DNA from: Callorhinchus milii
Taxonomy: Eukaryota
Direction of reading: 5' to 3'
Length of the DNA stretch: 64,000 nt
NCBI RefSeq assembly: GCF_018977255.1
Contig: NW_024704753.1
Location: 16,802,001-16,866,000, forward strand
Below are positions 63,636-64,000 of this stretch, in pieces. Below the pieces are notes generated by a model. That model made no database searches. It was not told the origin of the DNA and saw nothing but the letters and a program-made list of their open reading frames with translations. The first letter of the stretch is position 1. Every line of letters begins with the position of its first letter. A program made the translations under genes and the position numbers.

Positions 63636-64000
63636 ACAACAACAACAACTTGCACTTAAAAAGCACCCTCGCCTCAGAGCGCTTGACAGTGGCGGAGCCT
63701 GACTCCGAGCCGGGGATGGGGGAGGTGGCCGTAAACACAGCAGAAGAGGAAAGTTTTCAGGCAGGACTTGAATAAGGGGGAGAGAGAGGGGCGCAAGGCG
63801 GAGGGATTGAGGGAGAGCGTTACAGAGTTTCGGGGCGTAGCGGCTGAAAGCCCGACCTCCGATGGTGGGGGCGGAGGGTGCGAGGGACGAGCAGGAGGCC
63901 GGTGCCAGTCGAGCGGAGGAGCCAACCGGGGGGTGGATTGGGTAGTGAGGAGGTCGGAGAGGGTTGGAAGGTGCCAGGGAGTGAAGCGTGAGGATCTTGA
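63636..64000 (-). mobile_element. L2 LINE 3' fragment (runs off the window)
   Basis: (CAA)n tail, FKSCLKTFLF translation, similarity to 26810-27502. Smaller relics near 42340, 49790, 51975, 59480. Confidence 0.82.

Overview
Vertebrate genomic DNA, inferred to be a cartilaginous fish (probably a holocephalan/chimaera) from its repeats: a Deu-domain tRNA-derived SINE with a (TAT)n tail, L2, CR1 and Penelope-like fragments. Four spliced genes were reconstructed by hand with GT-AG junctions and open frames: NICN1 (+, 6 coding exons, 216 aa), AMT (+, 9 exons, 402 aa), BAP1 (+, 17 exons, 730 aa) and VHL (-, 3 exons, 172 aa). The first 15 kb has no recognisable coding exon. The most unusual signals are: (i) a TATA-driven minus-strand transcript divergent from NICN1, with only a small ORF and an array of 7-10 UUCCA-(UCC-rich loop)-UGGAA hairpins lying between two AATAAA signals; (ii) a candidate 3-nt microexon in BAP1 intron 9; (iii) a candidate spliced 57-aa gene converging on the BAP1 3' end; (iv) retroelement sequence at two BAP1 splice sites; (v) a decayed Penelope-type hammerhead ribozyme. 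Homology calls rest on my recall of the human proteins; no search or folding program was run.
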